Shown here: positions 21,074 through 29,512 of the stretch, one piece after another
Numbering within the stretch: the stretch's first letter is position 1
Layout of the letters: each line of letters opens with the position of its first letter
Assembly: GCA_964457945.1 (NCBI GenBank)
Contig: CAYWFX010000003.1
Location: forward strand, 99,642 to 163,641
Origin: an uncultured Syntrophomonas sp.
Lineage (GTDB): Bacteria > Bacillota > Syntrophomonadia > Syntrophomonadales > Syntrophomonadaceae
DNA: 64,000 nt
Reading direction: 5' to 3'
Position numbers and translations under genes: made by a program
Notes under the pieces: generated by a model
What the model was told of the DNA's origin: nothing
The model's input: the letters and a program-made list of their open reading frames with translations, nothing else
Databases searched by the model: none

Positions 21074-21187
21074 GATTGATCCTCCTTAGTTTGCAACGCC
21101 AGCTTGTTTGATGTTAGTGTGCTGTAAAACGCCACTTCTCCACTTTATAAGTGTTCCCGGAAAATCAAAAAGTATTAAGGATTCTAG

Positions 21188-24100
21188 TTACAGTGCCAAG
21201 GTGTCTTGCGTCTCAACGGAAGGGCTTACTCTATACCAAGCCGCATACATGGCGGGAAGCACCAGTAAGGTTAGAATGGTAGCTACTAAAAGACCTCCGG
21301 CGATGGCTACGGCCATTGGCCCCCAAAAAACACTGGTGGTTAACGGGATCATGCCCAAGACCGCGGCGGCAGCCGTCAGCATAATGGGGCGAAATCTAAG
21401 CACTGCAGCGTTAATAATAGCGTTCCAGGTTGACTCCCCCAACTCAAGCTGTTTATCAATTTGGTCAATGAGAATTACTGAATTACGAATAATGATGCCT
21501 GCCAGAGCTAGAATTCCGCAATAGGTCACAAAGGCTAGAGGTTTATTCGTAAGCAAAAGTGCCGGACTGACACCAATCATGCCCAAAGGAGCGGTGAGCA
21601 AGGTTAATAGCACTTTGGGCATACTCTGCAGCTGAATCATAAGCAATATAACAATCACTACCGCCATCAAGGGAACAACTTTAATCAAGTTAGACACAGC
21701 AGTAACTGATGTCTCCGCTGAACCTGCCATTTTTATACTGTAACCGAGCGGCAAATTCTGGCGCAGATTATTAAGTCTCTGATAAACTTGTTTAGTGGCA
21801 TCTGTACCGGTAATGCCTGTTGTTACACCTGCCTGTACGGTAATAGTTGGCTTTAAATCACGCCGCCATATTAGACCCTCTTCGGCATCGTAGCTAATCT
21901 TGGCGATCTGATCCAATGGAACATATTGGCCATTGCTAAGTGGTATGTTGAGATCCTTAACGCTGGATAAATCGCTCCGACTCTGGGAATCCAGGCGAAA
22001 TACCAAGCTGACCGTTTTATCCTTTTCCCGGAATTCAGCCATCGACACACCCGATAGTTGGGCTTGCAAGGTTGACGCCAGAGACTCGCTGTTAACTCCT
22101 AATATGCGGGCTTTATCCTGATCGATTTGTAGATGTACCACTTTGTTTTTCTGGCTCCAATCCAGGTTTACATCACACAGATATTCTTCCGAGGCCATCA
22201 CGTCTCGGACCTGTTCTGCTATATTTCTGACCTTGTCATGATCGTAGCCTGTGACACTTAGCATTACCGGATATTTGGCAGGTGGTCCTATTTGTATAGA
22301 TCTATAGTTCCCTTGCACTGCCGGAAATTTAGTGAGTAAATTATCAATCTTCTTCGCAACTCTTTCCCGGGCTTCAAGGTCTCTGGTTACAATCACGAAC
22401 TGAGAAAAATCACTACTGGAAAGAACTGGCTCATGGGAAAGAATAAAGCGGGGGGCACCCTGCCCTACATAATAGGAATAATCGACGATATCGGGGTCAT
22501 CCTGCAGAAAATCCGCGAATTTTTTAGTTTCCTTATCAGTAGCCTGAATGGAAGAACCTACCGGCAGCCTAAAGTCGAGGATTAGTTCCGGACGGACTGA
22601 CGCTGGGAAAAAATCCTGTTTGACAACGCGCAGAAGGAAAATAGAACCGATAAAAACTGCTATGGTTAATATGAGAACAATCCTGCGGTTTTCCAAGCAC
22701 CAGCTTAACACCATTTTAAATAAACGATAGAACCTGGTATCATATAGATCTAAGCCATGCTCAACGGAAGAGGGCGCAACTCTAATCATCTGATACCCCA
22801 GGAGTGGAGTGGCTGTCACGGCCACTATCCAGGAAATAACCAGCGCCATAGTAACTACCCAGAAAAGACTCCCCACAAATTCCGCTGCACTGCCCTCGGA
22901 CAGACCTACCGGGATGAAGCCGGCACAGGTAACCAGGGTTCCGGTCAACATCGGCCCGGCAGTGTTTGTGTAAGCGTAACAGGCGGCTTTACCCCGTTCC
23001 CAACCCTCTTCGAGTTTTACCGTCATACTTTCCAGAATAATAATGGCATCGTCTACTAGTAAGCCAATGGCGATAATCAACGCCCCTAATGAGACTTTAT
23101 GCAGATCTACACTACTGACCTCCATGGTTACAAAAACACCCGCGATGACCAGGGGAATCACCATGGCCACAACAGCTCCGGTACGCATTCCCAGGCTAAA
23201 AAAACACACCAAAAGTATGATCAGTATAGCTATGAGCAGGGTTATAACAAACTCATTGATGGACTCCTTGACCACCTGGGGCTGGTTTGCCACCTGGTGA
23301 ATCTCCAGTCCCAGCGGCAGGTTCTTTTGAATTTTGCTTATGGTTTGGTCAAGATCCTTCCCCAAAGTGAGGATATTTCCACCCTCTTGCATAGCTAGAG
23401 CCAGGCCAATGGCTGGCTGCCCATTATAATACATTTTAGGCTCGCAGGGCTCAGCGTAGCTTCTCTGTACTTTGGCTATATCGCGCAGGCGAACAGTACC
23501 GCTGCTGGTTCGTATGGGGAGGTCAGTAATATCTTCAACATTGTCAAACATGCCGGAAACGCGCATGTAAACATTGTCAGACGATGTCTCAAACATTCCC
23601 GCTGGGGTCATGGCGTTTTGGCTCTGCAAGGTTGCTATAATTGTATTAGCGTTTATGCCCAATTTGGCCAGTTTACTGCTTTCTATTTCAATGTAAATCT
23701 TCTCGGGCTGAACACCTATCAACTGAACCTTCTTGACACTTCCCACATCCATTAGAATCCGCCGCATCTTTTCGGCCTCTGCTCTCATCTCTTCATAGGT
23801 AAACCCATCTGAAGTAATAGCATAAATGGAACCGAAAACATCGCTAAACTTATCGTTAAAATAGGGTCCAACCACTCCTTGTGGCAGAGTATCTTTTATG
23901 TCGTTTACCATGTTGCGAACATCCTGCCAGGTGGGCTGGATCTGATCCTCCTTAACTGAAAAATCTAAATTGACGAATATATAGGTCTTCCCAGGTACTG
24001 AATAACTGCGCAGATAATCCAGTCCAGGCGTATCTTGAAGCTTTTTCTCAATTTTATCAGTGACCTGCTCTTCAACCTGCAGAGCGCTGGCTCCCGGCCA

Positions 24101-24268
24101 GGCCACAGTAACCACCATTTGCCGTATTACGAAGTCCGGATCTTCCATCCTGCCCAGATTTTGATAAGAGTAGACACCCATAATGAATACTAGAATTATA
24201 AAAAAATAGACCAATGACTTGTGTTCGAGTGCCCATTCAGTAATATTAAATGTTTTCACCGGCATCAT
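21188..24268 (-). CDS. RND efflux permease (AcrB/HAE family)
   Basis: 1026 aa, 12-TM/2-loop topology. GLLVDDAIIILE and ILALAGIIIRNSVILID motifs. Confidence 0.95.
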   Translation of the reverse strand: MMPVKTFNITEWALEHKSLVYFFIILVFIMGVYSYQNLGRMEDPDFVIRQMVVTVAWPGASALQVEEQVTDKIEKKLQDTPGLDYLRSYSVPGKTYIFVNLDFSVKEDQIQPTWQDVRNMVNDIKDTLPQGVVGPYFNDKFSDVFGSIYAITSDGFTYEEMRAEAEKMRRILMDVGSVKKVQLIGVQPEKIYIEIESSKLAKLGINANTIIATLQSQNAMTPAGMFETSSDNVYMRVSGMFDNVEDITDLPIRTSSGTVRLRDIAKVQRSYAEPCEPKMYYNGQPAIGLALAMQEGGNILTLGKDLDQTISKIQKNLPLGLEIHQVANQPQVVKESINEFVITLLIAILIILLVCFFSLGMRTGAVVAMVIPLVIAGVFVTMEVSSVDLHKVSLGALIIAIGLLVDDAIIILESMTVKLEEGWERGKAACYAYTNTAGPMLTGTLVTCAGFIPVGLSEGSAAEFVGSLFWVVTMALVISWIVAVTATPLLGYQMIRVAPSSVEHGLDLYDTRFYRLFKMVLSWCLENRRIVLILTIAVFIGSIFLLRVVKQDFFPASVRPELILDFRLPVGSSIQATDKETKKFADFLQDDPDIVDYSYYVGQGAPRFILSHEPVLSSSDFSQFVIVTRDLEARERVAKKIDNLLTKFPAVQGNYRSIQIGPPAKYPVMLSVTGYDHDKVRNIAEQVRDVMASEEYLCDVNLDWSQKNKVVHLQIDQDKARILGVNSESLASTLQAQLSGVSMAEFREKDKTVSLVFRLDSQSRSDLSSVKDLNIPLSNGQYVPLDQIAKISYDAEEGLIWRRDLKPTITVQAGVTTGITGTDATKQVYQRLNNLRQNLPLGYSIKMAGSAETSVTAVSNLIKVVPLMAVVIVILLMIQLQSMPKVLLTLLTAPLGMIGVSPALLLTNKPLAFVTYCGILALAGIIIRNSVILIDQIDKQLELGESTWNAIINAAVLRFRPIMLTAAAAVLGMIPLTTSVFWGPMAVAIAGGLLVATILTLLVLPAMYAAWYRVSPSVETQDTLAL

Positions 24269-24303
24269 TCCTCCAAATCGGCAATAATGAAGCTCTTAAC
24301 CAA

Positions 24304-25413
24304 TTATTGGGCTTCATTTATTATTCGGATTTTTTGTCCCTCACGCAATTTATTCACCCCTGCAGTAACTACATTATCACCGTCTTTAAGACCTTCACTC
24401 ACCATAGCTTGGTCGTGATCAAAGCCATTAATTTTAATTTTTCTCATACTTACCGCTTCTTCATTTATTACCCATACCGTCGGGGAATCTCCAGTCTGGT
24501 AAATGGCGCTCAAGGGAATAGCTATAAAAGCTGTTTGATCTGGATCGGAATTGTTTAATATAACCGTGGCAGTCATACCTAATTTTAAATCTGGTGGCGG
24601 ATTAATGAGACTGATTCGCACCTTGAAGGTCCGGGCAACCACATCAGCCACTGGCGAGACCTCACGCACTTTTCCATCCAAGCTTAAATCCGGAAGTGCC
24701 CAAAAACTTACCCTAATGGTGCTGGCTTTATGTAAATCATCTATTCGGTTTTCCGGTATGTTTATTTCAACTTCTCGTTCACCATCCCCCACCAGCGTTA
24801 ATACCGGAGTAGCTGCCGCTATAAACTGTCCGGCTTCAACTCTTATCCCAGTTATGGTACCGGCGTGATCAGCAGTCAAGCTGCAGTATTGAAGCAGATT
24901 GGCAGATTGCTGATGCTGGGCCTTGGCTTGACTATAAGCAGCTTCAGCGGCAACGTAGCCGTTTTGAGCAGCTTCATAGTCTGCTTTACTTAATGCTCCT
25001 TGCTCGTATAAAGCCTTGGCTCGACTCAGACTGTCCTTGGCAAGTTTCATTTTTGATTCCGTTGAATTAAGCTGCGCTGTGTTGGCCTGAACGCTCAACT
25101 CGGGATCCGAACTATCTAATTGCATCAGCAGATCGCCAGGTTTTACGATACTACCCACCTCGATATTCCTACTTAAGACTTTGCCATTAACCCGAAAAGC
25201 CAGCTGACTTTCATAACGCCCATGAACCTCCCCGGAATATTTGAAGCTCTCGGCATTATTATCTATACGTACGACCATAGATCGTACCAAAGGGTTGTTT
25301 TCTTCCACTTTATTGGCAGGATGGTAGGCTCGCAGAAAATATCCAGCAACACCAAGAACTGCAACCAAGAAAATGACAGCATAGCGTTTTTTGTTTTTAC
25401 CAATCTGCATCAT
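24304..25413 (-). CDS. RND efflux periplasmic adaptor (membrane-fusion protein, HlyD_D23-like)
   Basis: Single N-terminal TM helix, lipoyl/barrel motifs (VKPGDLLMQLD), and a coiled-coil segment. Start moved to ATG 25413 (MMQIGKNKK), preceded by GAGGAG. Confidence 0.9.
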   Translation of the reverse strand: MMQIGKNKKRYAVIFLVAVLGVAGYFLRAYHPANKVEENNPLVRSMVVRIDNNAESFKYSGEVHGRYESQLAFRVNGKVLSRNIEVGSIVKPGDLLMQLDSSDPELSVQANTAQLNSTESKMKLAKDSLSRAKALYEQGALSKADYEAAQNGYVAAEAAYSQAKAQHQQSANLLQYCSLTADHAGTITGIRVEAGQFIAAATPVLTLVGDGEREVEINIPENRIDDLHKASTIRVSFWALPDLSLDGKVREVSPVADVVARTFKVRISLINPPPDLKLGMTATVILNNSDPDQTAFIAIPLSAIYQTGDSPTVWVINEEAVSMRKIKINGFDHDQAMVSEGLKDGDNVVTAGVNKLREGQKIRIINEAQ

Positions 25414-25495
25414 TACATCACTCCTCATCCCCATGTGGCGCACCAGCAGTTCTGGTGAAGCAATTGACTTTTTCCTGCAACTAAATGATAATAAT

Positions 25496-25522
25496 ATGCA
25501 CAGAGTATACCATGTTGTGCAT
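25496..25522. promoter_or_regulatory. Inverted repeat ATGCACA-N13-TGTGCAT, candidate TetR operator
   Basis: Perfect 7-bp arms in the divergent region between the RND operon and its TetR gene. Confidence 0.4.
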
Positions 25523-25610
25523 TTTGTGTAAATGACTGAAGCTTTTTTTGTGGTGTATAATTGATTCATAGTTTTAAGAATCTATGTATTCTAATTGAGG
25601 AGTTTTTAGG

Positions 25611-26165
25611 GTGAATAAAGAAGAGCAGATTTTGAAAGCATTCAAAGAATTGTCTTATAACCAGGGTTTTTATTCAGTAAGGATGGAAGAACTAGCAGTC
25701 AGAGCCGGGGTCAGCAAACGAACCATCTATCTTTATTTCAAAAGCAAGGAAGATCTGGTGGATAAAGCGCTGGACTCCTTCATCTCTGAATTTCCGAATA
25801 GAATTGATTTCATTACCAAACAATCCGATTTGGTAAGCGCTCTGGCCAAAGCAATGGAATCTTTAATGAAAGACGGGGCTTTTCTGATGAATGCTCAATC
25901 GATAAGGGATTTGCAGGTTCACTACCCTGTGGCGTGGCAAAAACTTGAGGCCTATCGCCACGACCAAATAACATCCGTTTTAGAAATAATCCTGGCAAGA
26001 AGTGAAAAAGAATGGGTTCGGGAATTGGATCCGCGCATTATCAGAGAGGCCATTATGGCCATCGACCGCCGCTTTGCCAATGTTGAATTTGCTATTGAAA
26101 TGGGAATGTCCCTACACGAAGTAACCCTCCAATTTGCCAAGCTCATTGCTTACCCTTATGTTTGA
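25611..26165 (+). CDS. TetR/AcrR-family transcriptional regulator
   Basis: N-terminal HTH (MEELAVRAGVSKRTIYLYFKSKEDL). Divergent from the RND pump. Confidence 0.9.
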   Translation: MNKEEQILKAFKELSYNQGFYSVRMEELAVRAGVSKRTIYLYFKSKEDLVDKALDSFISEFPNRIDFITKQSDLVSALAKAMESLMKDGAFLMNAQSIRDLQVHYPVAWQKLEAYRHDQITSVLEIILARSEKEWVRELDPRIIREAIMAIDRRFANVEFAIEMGMSLHEVTLQFAKLIAYPYV

Positions 26166-26225
26166 GGACCCGCCCCCATAAGGGGCAAAGTTATAGGTAA
26201 AACCAGTTACATGGATTGAGATACT

Positions 26226-26993
26226 CTAGACCTTAATAAAAACAAATCCAAACAGTGATATTACGAAGACCCCACCGATTACATACATCAATGGAGATGC
26301 TGACATCTGCATACCCAAGACAATCATCAAAACTATGAATACTTCACTTGCCAACAAAGATAATAACAGCGCATATTTTAAACTAATAAGCCGTTTTACC
26401 TTCTGTGCTTGTAAATTCTCCGATATAGCAATATTTCCAGGTAAAGTAATTTCCATTTTACTGTCCTCCGAGGTCAAAACAATCAACAACGGCAAACCAA
26501 ATAGAATTGGAAATCCAAAGTCGTTAATCAAAATAATCCAAAATATTCGAGGAATCCACATACCAAACAGCACATCCAGTCCGCAGGCAATCAGTATGGC
26601 AGTTGCAATGGCCGCAGCAGCAGCAATAAAAATATATTTAACTATATTTTTATTGTTTTTTACGTTAGGCTTTTCCCTCTTGCCTGATATATGCCAAAGT
26701 TTATAAGGCAGCCAGGCAGCAATGAAATTGCCCACAAAACCCAGAATAGATGCTTGGGAAAAGGTGCCAAAAAGATCTGCGATCAGGTTGCCTATGGCAC
26801 AGCCCCATGCCCCGGCAGGTCCCAATAACAGCCCGGCTACTACCGGCACTGCATTGACTGGTCGCACCTCGGTAAAACCTTCGATGAGCACCATCACCTT
26901 AAAGGGTACAGCCATCCCTATAAATACCAGGGCGCATATAATGATTTGCAATAATTTCTGTTTTGATTTGAAAGGTGAAAGGATTTCTTGCAT
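26226..26993 (-). CDS. QueT-like/ECF-S-component-like membrane protein with extra C-terminal TM helices
   Basis: VRPVNAVPVVAGLLLGPAGAWGCAIGNLIADLF resembles the QueT transporter signature. At 255 aa it is longer than typical QueT. Confidence 0.5.
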   Translation of the reverse strand: MQEILSPFKSKQKLLQIIICALVFIGMAVPFKVMVLIEGFTEVRPVNAVPVVAGLLLGPAGAWGCAIGNLIADLFGTFSQASILGFVGNFIAAWLPYKLWHISGKREKPNVKNNKNIVKYIFIAAAAAIATAILIACGLDVLFGMWIPRIFWIILINDFGFPILFGLPLLIVLTSEDSKMEITLPGNIAISENLQAQKVKRLISLKYALLLSLLASEVFIVLMIVLGMQMSASPLMYVIGGVFVISLFGFVFIKV

Positions 26994-26996
26994 ATA

Positions 26997-27908
26997 TTAT
27001 TCCCCCTCTGCGCATTGGCCAAGGCTATTTCTTTTATTCAAGAAATTAGTTCCGGCACAGATGGCTCCGGCAACGATAAAGGCTGCCCCGACTAGCTTTG
27101 CACTGGTCATAAGCTCTGTAGACCCAAAAGTATTAGGAATCAGTAAGGCAAGCACCAGGGTAACCACTGGCTCTGTAGAGGCCATTACCGTTACGGCGAT
27201 AGGGGATGCATATTTTTGCGAATACATCAGCATGATGTAGGCGTAAGCTTTGGCAAAAAAGGCTAACAGGAAAATATTGGCCAGGATTTCATTGGTATAA
27301 GTAACAGCAAAAAAGGTCTTAGGTTCCTCAATGAACCATAACCCAAAGCCAATAATAGCAGTAAAAAACATCTGCCCTATTCCGAGCAATAGTGGATCAC
27401 TTTTTTTGGCAAAGCTATCAACCGTAATTATATACATTGCCATGAAAAGGCAGGCCGCTGCCATAGCCAGAACACCGTAATTCACCGAATCTCCAGGCTT
27501 CAGGCCACTGGTACAAATAAGGCCGATCAAGATTAAAATAATACCTAACAGGTTGTTGGGACTGGGTTTGCGATTAAATAGGAGCAGCAGGAGGGGTACA
27601 AATACAATATTTAAAGATGCTACAAAGCTGGCTGTGGATGCCGGTATCCGCGTAATGCCAATCCTCTCGAGGATGAGATTTCCGCAAATAATAGCTGCCA
27701 GAATAAGACTTCTCTGTAAGGTTTTTTTATCAAACTCCTTAAGCCTTTTAAAAAATACAATGACTAAAATGAGGCTGGCAATCCCTGTTGTCATGGTCAA
27801 ATAGGCGAAGGGTGAGATAGAATCGGGAATATTCTTGATAAATATGTAAGACGCGGCCCAGCAAAGAGTAATGGAGAATAAAATAATATTGGACTCAGTT
27901 CGTGTCAT
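26997..27908 (-). CDS. EamA/DMT-superfamily transporter
   Basis: 303 aa with 10 hydrophobic helices arranged as two EamA repeats. Confidence 0.8.
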   Translation of the reverse strand: MTRTESNIILFSITLCWAASYIFIKNIPDSISPFAYLTMTTGIASLILVIVFFKRLKEFDKKTLQRSLILAAIICGNLILERIGITRIPASTASFVASLNIVFVPLLLLLFNRKPSPNNLLGIILILIGLICTSGLKPGDSVNYGVLAMAAACLFMAMYIITVDSFAKKSDPLLLGIGQMFFTAIIGFGLWFIEEPKTFFAVTYTNEILANIFLLAFFAKAYAYIMLMYSQKYASPIAVTVMASTEPVVTLVLALLIPNTFGSTELMTSAKLVGAAFIVAGAICAGTNFLNKRNSLGQCAEGE

Positions 27909-28333
27909 GGCCTGGTTCCCTCGTAAAAATCATAATTTACTTTTTCCTTTTCTATGAGTATGGAATTCTGATTAAGCTCTTGCAGAATCTCGTCCATGAT
28001 GGCTTTCATTTGCTGGTCGGTAGCATTATAAAATTCAATAACAAGGCTGTTTTCGTGGGTTATTACCCCTTTTTCATCCTTGTATGCACCTTTGCCGACA
28101 CGCGCTGTAAAACCATCCACATATTTCAAAGCGATGTTGCTTACCTTCTTCTCAGCTTCCTCGTATGAAATACGCTGTGTGTATGTGTCCTTATCATTCA
28201 GCCCTATATACATAGTGTATTTGAGCGCCTCGCTCTGCCCAAGACCTGTCTGCATTGTACAGCCAGAAAGCCCCGAGCATAATACAGTAATCAAAACAAT
28301 GGAAATAAGCAGGCTTCTTGTCATTTTCCACAT
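27905..28333 (-). CDS. Small lipoprotein, unknown function
   Basis: Lipobox LSGC at residues 22-25. Soluble alpha/beta-looking remainder. 4-nt overlap with the next gene. Confidence 0.6.
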   Translation of the reverse strand: MWKMTRSLLISIVLITVLCSGLSGCTMQTGLGQSEALKYTMYIGLNDKDTYTQRISYEEAEKKVSNIALKYVDGFTARVGKGAYKDEKGVITHENSLVIEFYNATDQQMKAIMDEILQELNQNSILIEKEKVNYDFYEGTRP

Positions 28334-28336
28334 GCT

Positions 28337-29458
28337 TTATTCAAACCTTCCATCTCTGCAAATTAAGCTTGGCAGCTTATTTACATCTACTACCATCGCA
28401 CCGCCTTTAGCAAAAGCAATATGCCTCCCTATGCCCTGATAGCCCTTTTCATCATGCATCGCCTTTGCTATTTTCGACGGCTCGTTTGTGTCCAGTCGTA
28501 CGGCAGTTTCTACAACCAACCTGATCATGTCATAACCCTGCACCGCCCATACATCTGCCTCTTTGCCGTATTTCTGCCGGTATCGCTCTTTGAATGCTTT
28601 AAGCTTTTCGCTTTCTTCAATTACCAGAGTAGACGGTACCATCATTCCCTCGGTTACTGATTTATTCTCAGCCAATGCATTGGCCCTGTTAAAAATAGGC
28701 TCGCCCATGACTGCTAAATTCTTGTCTTTACTGCGAAGCATTTTTAAGACCTCAAAAGCGCGGTCAAGACCATACTGAGAAATAACCACGCCATCCACTC
28801 CGAGAGCCTGCCAGCGGCTGTAAACGTTCTCAAATGCATTTGCCGAGGCAATTGACGGTACATAATCCACTATTTTAGTTTCAGTATTCAATAATTTAAG
28901 CTCAAAAGCTGTAACCAGTTCTTCCTGTGACTGCTTGCCGTTGTGATAGACGGCAATTCGCTTGAAGCCATTTTTCAAAGCATAATCCGCCATGGCCTGG
29001 CCTAAGTCTGAAAAAGCAGGCACACCACAAAAAATATTTGCGTTCTCTTTGGTAAATAGACTGTCATAGGCACCGTACGGAAACAGGATCAGCTTCCCAC
29101 TCCTGGTGAGTATATCCGCTGTGGTTTTGGAAACATCAAAATTTTGCAGATTAAAGACTGCAGTAACTCTATTGTCCTCCGCCACCCTGGTTGCCATTTC
29201 CACACCCTTTTCATAGAGGGCTTGGTCGTCAATAACTTCTATTTTTGTGTTAAACCCCTTGTCAGAATACTCCTTGTTTACATCCTCCACTGCCAGCTGC
29301 ACACCATTGATAAACGCTCCGTCAGCTGTCAGCCATGTGGCATCAGCCACGATTGGAATATAAATATCACGGCCACCGACTATTTCCTTATTACTGCATG
29401 ATATAGATATGAGACTTAGTGCAGTAATGAGGCATAAAATAAGCAGTTTTCTCATCAT
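28337..29458 (-). CDS. Periplasmic-binding-protein type I (Leu/Ile/Val-binding-like, Peripla_BP_6) lipoprotein, orphan
   Basis: Lipobox ISISC. The overall pattern fits LivJ-like solute-binding proteins. There are no adjacent permease or ATPase genes of that system. Start at ATG 29458 after GAAGGGGG. Confidence 0.7.
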   Translation of the reverse strand: MMRKLLILCLITALSLISISCSNKEIVGGRDIYIPIVADATWLTADGAFINGVQLAVEDVNKEYSDKGFNTKIEVIDDQALYEKGVEMATRVAEDNRVTAVFNLQNFDVSKTTADILTRSGKLILFPYGAYDSLFTKENANIFCGVPAFSDLGQAMADYALKNGFKRIAVYHNGKQSQEELVTAFELKLLNTETKIVDYVPSIASANAFENVYSRWQALGVDGVVISQYGLDRAFEVLKMLRSKDKNLAVMGEPIFNRANALAENKSVTEGMMVPSTLVIEESEKLKAFKERYRQKYGKEADVWAVQGYDMIRLVVETAVRLDTNEPSKIAKAMHDEKGYQGIGRHIAFAKGGAMVVDVNKLPSLICRDGRFE

Positions 29459-29512
29459 GACCCCCTTCTCAAGGTTAAACCTCATTCATTTTATTATGGG
29501 CAAATGGCTGTA

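Noticed and set aside
21108-24558. Plus-strand ORFs overlapping the RND permease and adaptor genes (e.g. 21108..21524, 22757..23059, 23099..23398, 24250..24558)
   Set aside because: They are antisense to strongly supported long genes and have low-complexity or odd composition, with no ribosome-binding sites. The same reasoning applies to the many short overlapping ORFs inside the ABC transporters, the activase gene and hydG.
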